From positions 124,001-188,000 of the forward strand of contig CDMY01000243.1 of assembly GCA_001179505.1 (NCBI GenBank): a stretch of 64,000 bases of DNA. Reading direction: 5' to 3'. Positions within the stretch are counted from its first letter, which is position 1, and the number at the start of each line of letters is the position of its first letter. The DNA is from Vitrella brassicaformis CCMP3155. Lineage: Eukaryota; Protista; Chromerida. The notes beneath the pieces were generated by a model. It did not search any database, had not been told where the DNA came from, and was given only the letters and a program-made list of their open reading frames with translations. Shown piece by piece: positions 20,312 through 31,600 of this stretch. A program made the translations under genes and the position numbers.

Positions 20312-23300
20312 TCAGCCATCCACCCCCAGAGAGGTGGATGCCACCACGGTATTGCACAGGAGGTCCCGCAGCTCCATAAAGTGGAACACGGACCTGTCGC
20401 ACCCATCCCACTGCCGCGACGCCACATCAATGCTCGAAGGTGCTGCTGCTGCCGCTGCGGATGATGGTGGGGCGACTGGGATGGACAGCCGCACCCGCGT
20501 CACGCCCTTGTCGCAGTTCGGAACCGAACACTTGAAAAACACAAAGTCTGCACACAATATATGACAGACACATGAAAGGCATCGCATCGCATCTATCCAT
20601 CAAACCGATGGAGTAGGTGAGGTGGGTGGGTGGGTGGGTGGATGGGTCTTACTTACCATTGCGTTGTGTCCAGTCGTGGGTGTCGATACGGAGGGGCTTG
20701 GCCGTCGTCTCGGTGTCATTAAAAAACACAGACACGGGCATCCCTGATGTGCACACCCTCTGCAGACCACACCACACACCCACATAAATCACACACAACG
20801 ACCATCCCATCCACCATTATGGCTATATCTGAACTACCCCCCTCTCCCCTCCCCCTCTCCCTCCCTCTCACCTGCAGTGCATCGGCGACAGGTGTGCCCC
20901 TGACGTACTGCACGCTGACCAGCGTGCTCTGCCCGGCGTGTCGCATCAGCCCCTGACAGGGCGTCATCTTGCTGATCCAGGCGGTCTCGCCGTCGGGGCC
21001 GCGTGGCAGAGGGGGGTGGGAGGGAGGGGGAGTCTTTTGGAAGTTGGAGAGCTGCTGATCGGCGTCGTTCTCGGCCTTCCTGAAGGTGCTGTCGAGAAGG
21101 GTCAGTTGCTGCAGGATGTTCAAGTTGATCGGCACGTCATTGGGATCTGATTGAGGAAATGACACACACACGTGAGAGTTCCGTCTGTGTGTGTGTGTGT
21201 GTGTGCACGGCACTGACCTTCGTCTTCGGTGGCGGTTGAGTTGTGTCTGATGATGTCGAGCTCGCTGTACCTCACCGACGCAGACGCCGACACCGATCCC
21301 CCCTCCAGCCTGTCCCCCTCGCCCTCCGCCCCTTGGCCGTCATCACGGCCGTATCCACGGTCTGAATGTCCGTCGGTGTCCTCAGGAGGCGGGTATCGAT
21401 GGATCGCCATGCTCGCCATGCGCCTCTTGGGCACCTCTATCCCGCCCACCGTCTCGCACGACTCCTCGCTCCCCTGTGTCGGCGACCGCAGGAAGAGCTT
21501 CCCGCCGTCCTTCTCGATGTGCACATCCTCACAGTTCAGCAGCCGATCCAGCCCACCCATCCCCACACACATCGACCGAAACATCTCCGCATCGGCCGCG
21601 TGTCTGGCGCTGCTGGTGGTTGCTGGCGGTGCAGTAGCTGCTGTGGGTGGTGGCCTTGTGGCGCCGGCTTGTGCGAAAGGGGGATGGGGGAGGGTGTCGT
21701 GTGGTGCTGGTGCGAGGGGCGGGGTTGACGGCTGCAGCCACGAGAGGGAGTTGATGACCGTCTGCTTCCCCTCGGACGTTGGCGACACATTGCCGGCGGC
21801 CTCTCGGTCTCTGTCCGCCCTGTCCGGCCGGGAGCCCGTTGACGGCAGCCACATACTCGGGAGGGACGGCCCTTCGTGGCCGAGGGAGGAGAACGGGGAG
21901 GGGTGGGTGTGGGGCGGCCCGTAGGACGTGCTCAGAGCCTTGGTCTTGAGGTCGGGCGGGGCCGCCACGGCCTTCATCGGCGGCGAGAGGCTCATGTCGG
22001 GCGCCAGGTGGCTGAAGCTCACCTTCACCAAGGACGTGCCCTCCTCACCCGCGCCGCCTGTGCTGCCAGTGTGAGAGCTTTCACTCCGCTGGATCGCAGG
22101 GGGCGGACACGAACTCGGTCTCGCCCGCACACGGTGGTTGTTGCTGCTGTGGTCCTTGCTGGGAGATGGATGCGACGCCTGTGCAGCCGGTTTGGTCGAT
22201 TCCGTCACGGCTGGCGAGGCATCCGATTTGACAGCTGACGTGACGGGCGCCTCTGCCGAGACAGCAGGGGGGCCGCCGGGTAGGAGGAAGAGCGTTGCGA
22301 TTGGCTTAAAAATAAGAGCCCAAAAAAGGAACGACAGCGTGATGACGCTCATCTGCACCCACACACACACAGACATACACTTCGAGCCCGGCACGAAGAG
22401 AAGGGGTGCGGGCATCTCTCTCTCCCTCTCTATCTCACCATATCAAGGGTGTCGTTGTTGATGAGAGTGACGACATAGATGGTGAGAGCGGTCCAGCTCT
22501 GCACCACCCACAGGCATGCGCGGCCGAGGTCCGACACAGACATGGAGCCAACAAATGGCGACATGCACGAAGGCCATGGAGCATGCGCCCACAGGGAAGC
22601 CGTGGATAGAGCCTGACACGCCAAGCAAGCAACAAAGAAAATCCCTAGATGGCCGTCCCGTCCGTGTGTGTGTCTTGTCTTGGGAAAGGTTGTGGCGGGC
22701 ATGTTCCACTCACCGTAACGAGGACGCGGGCCAGCGGGAATGACGATGGCAGGAAGAAGGCAAGTCCGAGCACTGTGGCGTCGGTACCGAACTCACACGC
22801 CGACACCTGAGCGACACATGAGCGACACAGCAGACAGACACCAACAGAGTGGGACCAAGCCACCATCAACCACCGAGCCCTCTCCACCTCACTCACCCAA
22901 GTCCTGCGGTCCGCCGCCATTCTCTTCACCCACTCAACGCCCCCAGAGTACCAGAGATACCCAAGAGTCCCGCAGACAATCGCCATAAAGACGCTGGTCA
23001 CCCAGCCACACACCCAACCCCCCCCCCCCCCCNNNNNNNNNNNNNNNNNNNNNNNNNNNNNNNNNNNNNNNNNNNNNNNNNNNNNNNNNNNNNNNNNNNN
23101 NNNNNNNNNNNNNNNNNNNNNNNNNNNNNNNNNNNNNNNNNNNNNNNNNNNNNNNNNNNNNNNNNNNNNNNNNNNNNNNNNNNNNNNNNNNNNNNNNNNN
23201 NNNNNNNNNNNNNNNNNNNNNNNNNNNNNNNNNNNNNNNNNNNNNNNNNNNNNNNNNNNNNNNNNNNNNNNNNNNNNNNNNNNNNNNNNNNNNNNNNNNN

Positions 23301-23668
23301 NNNNNNNNNNNNNNNNNNNNNNNNNNNNNNNNCACCCAACCCCCCCCCCCCCCCTCTCTCCCAGCGGTCCCTCCCGGCCTCTCAGTCGTCACTTGGAGCC
23401 ACACCGAGAATGGGGGAGATTCATCAGCCGGCGTAAAGGTCGTCCTGATCTCCGACTGGAGGGCTTTGCCACTCTCCCGTGTGCTCTCGGTGCGGCGCAA
23501 GATGGAGTCCTGGCAGAGAGAGGTAACCAGTCTTCCGTAGGACTGCGCCGAGCACTCTGCTGTGGGTGTGAACACGCTGGAGGCTGGGGGAGAAGAGGCG
23601 GCGGTGAGAGAGAGGGTCAGCGCGAGGGTGGTGTACACGAAGAGGAGCAGTCGCATCTTGAGCAGCAT
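20312..23668 (-). CDS. Hypothetical multi-pass membrane protein: signal peptide, several TM helices, long Pro/Ser-rich cytosolic region and small Cys-containing C-terminal domain
   Basis: MLLKMRLLLFVYTTLALTLSLTAA signal peptide. TM-like exons GWVTSVFMAIVCGTLGYLWYS, VLGLAFFLPSSF, HLGIFFVACLAC, WTALTIYVVTLI and SVITLSFLFWALIF. In-frame splices reach a stop at 20312. Confidence 0.6.
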
Positions 23669-23736
23669 GTTGAAATGACCGAGTTCGGTTGTCCGAGGCA
23701 TAGAGCAGTCAACAGCTAGACACTCAACGTCGTCAT

Positions 23737-23774
23737 CAGATACGCTAAGCGTCAACAGATACGCTCAGCGTCAA
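23737..23774. promoter_or_regulatory. Tandem 19-bp duplication, each unit holding an ACGCT-N-AGCGT inverted repeat, in a divergent intergenic region
   Basis: CAGATACGCTAAGCGTCAA followed directly by CAGATACGCTCAGCGTCAA. Confidence 0.35.
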
Positions 23775-24247
23775 GATTCACAGAGATCAGACGAGAGAGA
23801 GAAGTCGGTAGAGAAGTCGGAGCTCGCAGCGCCGCGAGCTATGAAACGACCGAAGAGCCCTCCCGGAAGGCGTGAGATCTTCGTGGAGCCTGTTGTCGCG
23901 CCTCCCTCATAAGAACCCAGCAGCCCTCGTAAGGCAAGAAGGCAAAAACTCCACTCAATTCACTTACAGGCAGGAGACTACCTGCCTGCATTGTGTGTCC
24001 GCTTGACTGTCCTTCCTCCCTCTCTCTCTGTATGTCTCTCTCCTTCTCCATATTTGTCCCAGGTTGGCAGGTGCGTCACACCATCAGTGGTTGGTTCATC
24101 TCGCCCAAGGTGCAGCACTGAGGAAAGGTGGAAGAGTGAGTGAGGGGCGGCAGCACACACACCACACAGCAGGAGCACCAACGCACCCCGAGACCGACAG
24201 AGAGCTGATCTGATAGACGGGAGTGACAGCGCTTTTGCTTGAGGAAC

Positions 24248-27030
24248 ATGAACGGCCGCGATAGGGATAGATCTCGGGACAGGGACAGGGACAGGGACAG
24301 GTCGAGGGACAGGGACAGGGACAGAGACAGAGATGTGACGTCCATTCCGATAGACGACGCCGACTCAGCCTTCCTCATCGGCCGCCAAGGGCGCACCAAG
24401 GAGGTAACCCTTGGTATTACCAGGACGATGCAGAGACTGTGGAATGTGGGCTGATCTGTGCTGGGTGGCAGAAACTGATGCGTGTGTCGGGAGCTAGCCT
24501 CGAGATCAACGAGAAGGGTGGGTGAGCAGCGAGTGGGTGGGTGGCTGCAGACCGCATCAGCACAGAGGACGCACTCTTTGCATGTTATGTTAAGGGGAGA
24601 GGTGGGCGCATCTGTGTGCCTGTGTATGCCTCTGTGTGTGTGTGTGTGTGTGTGTGCGCGTGTGTGCGTCTGCGACCCTCACAGACATGACGATGGAGGT
24701 GCGCGGGACGGACAGGGAGCGCGACAAGGCCGTCACCTACATCACACTCGTCAAGGCACAGCGCAGGGGCACCGTCACACTCACACGCGAGCAGGAGGAG
24801 CGGGACGACATCACGACCTTCGAGGTGCCCATGACCTGCGTCGCATACGTCACCGGTAGGGAGATAATGAGAGACGAGACTAGACGAGCAGACAGACACA
24901 GACACAGCTACACATGACATGCTGGTGGTCGTTGGCTGGGTGGTTGGTATGTGCAGGCAAGGACGGGTTTGTGTTGCGTGAGATGGAGAAGGAGTGGGGC
25001 GTCATCATGTTCTTCGTGCGGCGCGAGTCCGACGAGCGCGCCGACAAGGACTACGACCAGCGGGAGTTTGAAGTCCTCGCCATCTTTGGAGAGCTACGCG
25101 GCAGGCGGGGCGCGGAACTCAAGGTACGTGCCGTGCCCACACACACGTGTGTGAGGGGATGTGGGTGGCTGTGCGTGTGGGTGTGTGGTGTAGGTGATGA
25201 GTGCGATTGAGCAGAAGCTGCCGGGATACTTCACGAGCCGTCTCGAGACCCACACCAGCGACGAAGAGGGGTTCGGCACCGACGTCTACATCATACCCGA
25301 AAACGACTTCTCATACGCACTGGGTGGGTGTGCACACATTGGCACACACCAGACGCGCGGGTGCATGCATATGGCCATTCCACACATCCATTCATCCATC
25401 TGTGTGTCTATCTATTTCTGTGCGCGTCGATCGCATCCATCGTGCAGGCAAGGGCGGCGCCACCCGCCGCAAGCTGGCCACGGCTGCCAGCTGCATACTC
25501 GAGTACGTCGGATTCGCGGCACACCTCTGTGGTGGGTGGACAGACACTGCACACACACGACAAACACCACAACCACACCGACGGGCAATTGTCAAGGTGG
25601 CGTAAGTGCTCTATGTGTGTGTGTGTCTGTGGTCGTTCGTATGTGTGTCTGTCATGTCAGGCACTCGTAAGCAGCGCCGCCGCTGCCTGGAGTACCTGCA
25701 GTGGCTGTGCACGCAGAGGGAGAAGAACGTCAAGGTGGATGTCGAGGAAAGGTAGGCGGGGGGGGCGGACCGAGCTGCCAGCCAGCAAATAAATAGTGGT
25801 GGATTTTGTCGCTTTTTCTTTTGTCAGGGAGGACGTCACTGTGGTGGACATAGCAGAAAATGACGTCGCGTGGGTGACTGGTAAAGGAGCGCACACAGAC
25901 AGACAGACAGAGAGACAGACAGACAGACAGACAGGACGATGGGATAGGACAGGAACATCCTGGAGTGCCGGCGTCTGCACAGGTTCCAAGGGCACGGCGC
26001 TCCGCGCCCTCGAGAAGGACACGGGCACCTTCTGCTTCATCGACACTGGCGGGTAAGCAGAGCAACCATACCATACACACATGGCATCACGCACTCCAAG
26101 TGACAGCCTCACCTACCTTTCTTTGTCCATCCATCGGTCCTTGTGTTGTGCAGCAAGGACGGCAAGGAGCGTCTGCTGATATTTGCCGAGAAGCCCGACG
26201 ACCGTCGCCGCGCCCGCGAGATGCTGATGGACCGGCTGGACATGAAGCACGACAGAGAGCGGGCCTGGGCACGGGACGACCCTGACCGTGGCGGAGGATT
26301 CCGACGTGTCAGTAGGGTTGGAGGGAGGGGTGGGATGACCAGACAGACTGCACCACACAGGGGATCTGATCTTGCTGCGGATGCGATGCATGCGTGCATT
26401 GTCCGTCTGTCTGTCTTGTTGCTTGCGGGTATGTGTTGTGTTAAATACTATGTGCAGGACCGGGACCGTGATCGGGATCGGGATCGTGAGTGGTGGCGCC
26501 GCGACAACGACTATGACAGGCAGGCATGGCACACACATGGCATGGACAGACAGACAGACACTGACTGGAGCCGAGCCGATACACACAATCGACAAGTGTG
26601 TGGTGCTTTGGTTGCGAATGCATTGCGTGTGAGTGACTACAGGGATAGGGACAGAAGATACCGCGACGACAGGTGAGTGCTGTGCTGTGGTGTTGGCGGA
26701 TGGATGGGAGGCACTTTGACTGAGCTCCATGGTGGGCTCCGTGCGCGTGTGTATGTGTTTTGTTTGTGCAGTCCTGACCGTCGCCGCCATTCAGACCGAG
26801 ACCGATACGACGACCGCGACAGATATGACGACCGGTATGCCCCCACGACTCACAGGGCAGCGACAACAAGACACGGTCGATGTTTCTCTCTCTCGTACCT
26901 GCGTGTGGTGTCTGTCCATTCCATCAGGAGCTATGACCGCCGCCGTGACCGGGGCAACCGCGATGACGACTACGACCGCCGTCGTGATCGTGATCGGTAC
27001 TCGCGCAGGGACAGATCGCGCTCACGGTGA
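24248..27030 (+). CDS. Multi-KH-domain RNA-binding protein with RD/RS-rich N- and C-terminal tails
   Basis: Four KH GxxG loops (FLIGRQGRTK, YVTG|KDGFVL, YAL|GKGGATR, WVT|GSKGTAL), each followed by KH helices. Starts MNG(RD)n and ends RDRSRSR*. Confidence 0.82.
24257..24334 (+). repeat. Coding hexamer repeat (GACAGG)n encoding an Arg-Asp dipeptide tract
   Basis: GACAGGGACAGGGACAGG... translates as RDRDRSRDRDRDRDRSRDRDRDRDRD in frame with the KH gene. Confidence 0.85.
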
Positions 27031-27897
27031 GTTGGGGGGGTGAGGCAGCCAGCAGAGAGCTGTGTTGTCCGTCCGGTGTGGGCAGAGACTTGATCTGACC
27101 GATGATAGATCAGTACTACCTGCCTGCCTGCCTGCCTAGTCCATCCATCCATCCACCTCTACCTAACTAACCCATCCCACCATCATGCGATGAGCCAGGG
27201 CAGCCAGTTCATCATCACTGACTGCATGAGTGCAACAACACCCTCTCCACCCTACCTACGTTACCTACATGGCCAACACGGCATCGCATCATCTACAACA
27301 CCTTGCTGGCTGGCTGCGTATGCCTACTTGCCCCTGCACACGCACATGGACCAAACTAATGAATGCAACGAATGCAGACGCACCCTCTTCTCTCTCTCTG
27401 TTTCTCTGTGCGCGCGCGCGTGTGTGTGCGTTTGTTCAGATCTTACGACCGTCGATGAGCATTGATCGAGCGAGCGGGAACTTCACGTGACTGCCTAATG
27501 AATGAAGATTGCTGAATGGCGGGAGGGTGGGCGGTGCATGCTGTGCGCTCGGTAGTGATGCGATGCAGGTGGGTGGCCTGGATGAGTGAATGATGAGTGG
27601 ATCAGGGTGACTGAGGGGACTGAGAGAGGGAGGGAGTGACGGACGGACGGGAGGGGAGGCGGGTGGTCGTTGCGTGAGTGGATGGCGAGGGACACCACTG
27701 AGCTCGAGATGCATGGCATCTGCATGGTAATTGGTTTGTGGACGGACAGGGCATTTCATTCACAGTCAAGTTTTAAGCCAACGGGTGGGTGGCCGTCATT
27801 GTGCGCGTCAAATCGCAGAGTCAATCAAGCTCAAGCACCTGATTGAATGGTCCAACGTTCGGCTGTTCGCCTGCCTATATTGACAGACACATCGGTA

Positions 27898-27919
27898 GGT
27901 ACGTACACGTGTACGTACC
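27898..27919. promoter_or_regulatory. Perfect 22-bp palindrome centred on CACGTG, upstream of the CAP gene
   Basis: GGTACGTACACGTGTACGTACC equals its own reverse complement and lies ~130 bp before ATG 28049. Regulatory role is inferred only. Confidence 0.35.
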
Positions 27920-28048
27920 GCGTGATCGACAAGAGACTGAGACACTGCAGCACAGCTAGACACGTGTCTCTCTCTCTCTCTCTGGCTGATTGACTGCTGA
28001 TTCACTCACTCAGTCACTGCAGTGGTCAGTCAATCAATCGACCGAGTC

Positions 28049-30562
28049 ATGACGATGGTGCGAGTGCTGGTGGTGAGTGTGCTGTCACTGCTGGCCACTT
28101 CCCCGCCCCTCCCAGTGGCCTGCGATGTGTTGCGCAGCACCGTTGCTGACGTTCTGGATCTGGGTCTCCCGCTGAAGTGGCAGGACGAGCTGCGCGACAC
28201 ACCGACTGTGTCACGATCGGCCCTCAAGGCGACTGTCGGAGGCATGCTGCGGGCCGCGGAGCCCGACGCCCATGTCTCGAGCTCCTCCCAGCCCATGTCG
28301 TACGAAGACGTGCTGCGGCTCGTCGACGGCATCTCTCCACCATCATCCTTCATCGAGCTGGGGCATCGCACGGACAGTCTCATGGCTGACACGGACGCCA
28401 CATACGAGGATGTGACAGACGACTTCGTTAGGCTGCACGCCAACCTGACGAAGCGACACGGCCTGCCGGCATTCAAGGCAGCCAAGTCGACGCAGGACAA
28501 GGCCATGCGCTGGTGCAGCATACAGGCAGAGGTAAGTCAGTCAGACAACTCCGCCCACTTTGCACTCACTGCGTGTCTGTCTCGCGTGCGTCTGTGCGTG
28601 TGTGTGTGTGTGTGTGTGTAGGTGGGGTGTGACCTCAAGTACCCGGCGGGCGTGTCGTTCTCTGCTGCTTTGGTTCCTTCGTACTTCACGCCGCCTCAAG
28701 TGGTGTCTCTGTGGTACAGCCAGGGCCAACATTACGACTACTCCACGACACTCCTGCAAAACATGAGACGGTACGCTGCATGGCTGAATGGATGGATGGG
28801 AACGTTCGAATGCGAGTGCTATGTGTGCAGTGTGGCTGAGGGTGGGTCGCCCGAAGTCCTCAATTTTGCCCACATCGCTGCCGACTACGCTCCTCGCGCT
28901 CTCGGCTGCTGTCGGGCCTCCTGCCCAGCCAAGCACTGTCGTGCGTACGGCTGCGCGTACGACGTTGGCGCCGGCTCATGGAAGGAGTCGAGTCGCGGCT
29001 TTGCCTTCGCCAGTGAGGTCGCCGCGAGTCCCACCGCCATCGCCCGGCCTGATGGTGAAGGGGCCGAGACGTCACTCGTCTCCAAAGAAGACGAGGCACT
29101 CACATCCACCGGCTGCACGGCGAATGTGCCAGGTCACCACAGAACACGAACATACACAGAGAGGGTGCATTCACATGTGATTATATGGGTGTGTGTATGT
29201 GCAGGCAACGGGCCCAACGTGACGACTGCGACTGGGAATCTGCCTTACTACTGCGGCTCCCTCGTGCTGCCCACAGTGCCCGCTCAGCCGGCCCTCCCCG
29301 CCAAGCAGCCGTATGTCTACCTCACTGCACTGCCCTTCGCCGCTGCGTCGTGCGATGACCTCACGGCCCCTCCCACTGTGTCCCTGCCGGCCCTCGTCAC
29401 ATGCCCCTCCACATGCCCAGCCAAGGCAACAGTCGACAAGCATGAGAAGACACAGGGCCCCCTCACCCTGTGCGAGCAAGCGGCTGCCGCACTGGGAAAG
29501 CCAACTGGCATCATGAGAGTGGGTATGGGCATCAGCGGGTACGAGTGGGACAGCACCGGCAGCCCAACAACCTGTCAGCCTGTCGACGTGAGCCTCGGCA
29601 GCTGTGCCCCACCAAACCAAGCTCGATGCGCCGAGGCCATGTTCGCTGAAAGGTCAGTGGCTGATTGAGTCGATGAGGGTCACAAGGCAGATGCTTGCAC
29701 CTGTGTGAATGCGTCTCTTTGTGTCTCCGTGCAGTTCACCGTCTGACATGATGTTTGTGCGGACCGGCACGGCATTCCAAGTGGAGTCGCCGGACGGCGA
29801 TCTGCCTGGAGCTACACTGCTGACGAAAAACAGCCTGTGCACTGTAAGTGGCATCGGCACACCCGACACACCCAGACTGCAATGCACACACAATTGCCTG
29901 CCTGCCTGCATGCAGGATGCCGAGGTGGATGTGTGCTTGAGGCAACCGGGCAAGGTGAGCGGCCGGTTTGGAGTGCTGCTGAGGTACGTCAACCCTCTCA
30001 ACCACCTCTACTTCGACATCGACCAAGAGGGAGCAGCAAGAATCGTCAAGTAAGCCCCAACACACACGCAGATAGAGAGAGACAGAGAGGGAGAGATGGA
30101 AGGTGGTGTGCTTGCAGGTGTCTCAATGGAGGATGTGTGGTGCTGTCTCGCGTGTTGGTGGGTCCGACGTCCTCCCGGTCTCTCAAGTTCACATTGTCCA
30201 TCAAGGACAACTGCTTCTCCGTCCTCCTCGACGGGGCGAAGCTCATGGGCCTGACGGACGTCGACGTTCCCGCTGGCCTGCTTGGCGTCTTCAGCCCGTC
30301 ACAGGACACACTGCACAAGGTCACCAGAATCGGGTGCAAAATGTGGGAAAATGGGACGGAACACGTGTGTGTGTGTGTGTGTGTGTCCTGTCCGTGTGTC
30401 TTTAGATCACGCACTTCCAGCTCTTCCCGGCTCCACCGGCCACAAGTGAGTACTTAAGACATGAGACACACATACGACGCCGCTCACGAATGCCGATCAC
30501 CCGGCGGATGTGTGCGTGTGTGATTGCGTGCAGGTGAGGGCCCGCTGTTCCCTGCGGCGTGA
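28049..30562 (+). CDS. Secreted protein: signal peptide, divergent CAP (SCP/TAPS/PR-1) domain, Cys/Pro-rich linker and C-terminal concanavalin-A/levanase-like beta-sandwich
   Basis: Signal peptide MVRVLVVSVLSLLATS. CAP-like LHANLTKRHGLPAF, VVSLWYSQGQHYDY and ALGCCRASC. C-terminal GRFGVLLRYVNPLNHLYFDI..LKFTLSIKDNCFSVLLDGAKL..GLLGVFS. Stop at 30560-30562. Confidence 0.72.
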
Positions 30563-30814
30563 CCGATCACTTGTTGACCATGAGCACACACATGTACATG
30601 GACCAATGAGAGTGTGCCTGACAGGGAAGGAAGGAATGACCTGACACGCGACTTACTTGTGATCGATCGATCGATCGATGGAGCACTTGCGTGACGGCTG
30701 TTGTGATGCTCCTGAGTCTCGCAAGTGTCTCCTTGTGAGTCTCTGTGTCTCCTTGTATTCGCTGGATGATCTGGGTGGGCGCATTTGCCATCCATACATC
30801 CATCCATGTGTCTG

Positions 30815-30911
30815 TCTCTTATCAGTTGAGGTCCGCTGTACATGTTGCACACTCAGTTGAGGCGTCTCTTATCAGTTGAGGTCTGCATTACAAGAGGCGC
30901 ACACTCATCAC
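30815..30911. repeat. ~50-bp tandem repeat (about two units) running into a scaffold gap
   Basis: TCTCTTATCAGTTGAGGTC occurs at 30815 and 30865, each followed by GCACACTCA. Confidence 0.7.
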
Positions 30912-31600
30912 NNNNNNNNNNNNNNNNNNNNNNNNNNNNNNNNNNNNNNNNNNNNNNNNNNNNNNNNNNNNNNNNNNNNNNNNNNNNNNNNNNNNNNNNN
31001 NNNNNNNNNNNNNNNNNNNNNNNNNNNNNNNNNNNNNNNNNNNNNNNNNNNNNNNNNNNNNNNNNNNNNNNNNNNNNNNNNNNNNNNNNNNNNNNNNNNN
31101 NNNNNNNNNNNNNNNNNNNNNNNNNNNNNNNNNNNNNNNNNNNNNNNNNNNNNNNNNNNNNNNNNNNNNNNNNNNNNNNNNNNNNNNNNNNNNNNNNNNN
31201 NNNNNNNNNNNCCCCCCCCCCCCCCCCTCTCTCTGTGTGTCAGCTGTCTGTGCTACTTGCAATTGTTTGCCCGTCGTCACACAATTGAGCACACACAGAC
31301 GAGCCGATCCCATCTGAGCAGCTCTGACCAATCCTCCATCCCCCCTCCCACTCCTTGTGCAGAAAATGAGTATCTTTACATGTACGCAATCGACCAACGA
31401 CCAACACGGAGGGCTCCTCTTTGAATCAACAATTGATTTGTTCAGGACCTTGAGGGGCACACAAAGAGGGCCTGAGTGACTTTGCCGCCGTTCCATTATG
31501 GCACACCCAACTTGGGCACACCACGTGGCGGACCCCCTGGCACACGCCTGATCACCTTCATTTCATATCCCGCTGTCGGCATCAGATTCTCAGTCGAGGC

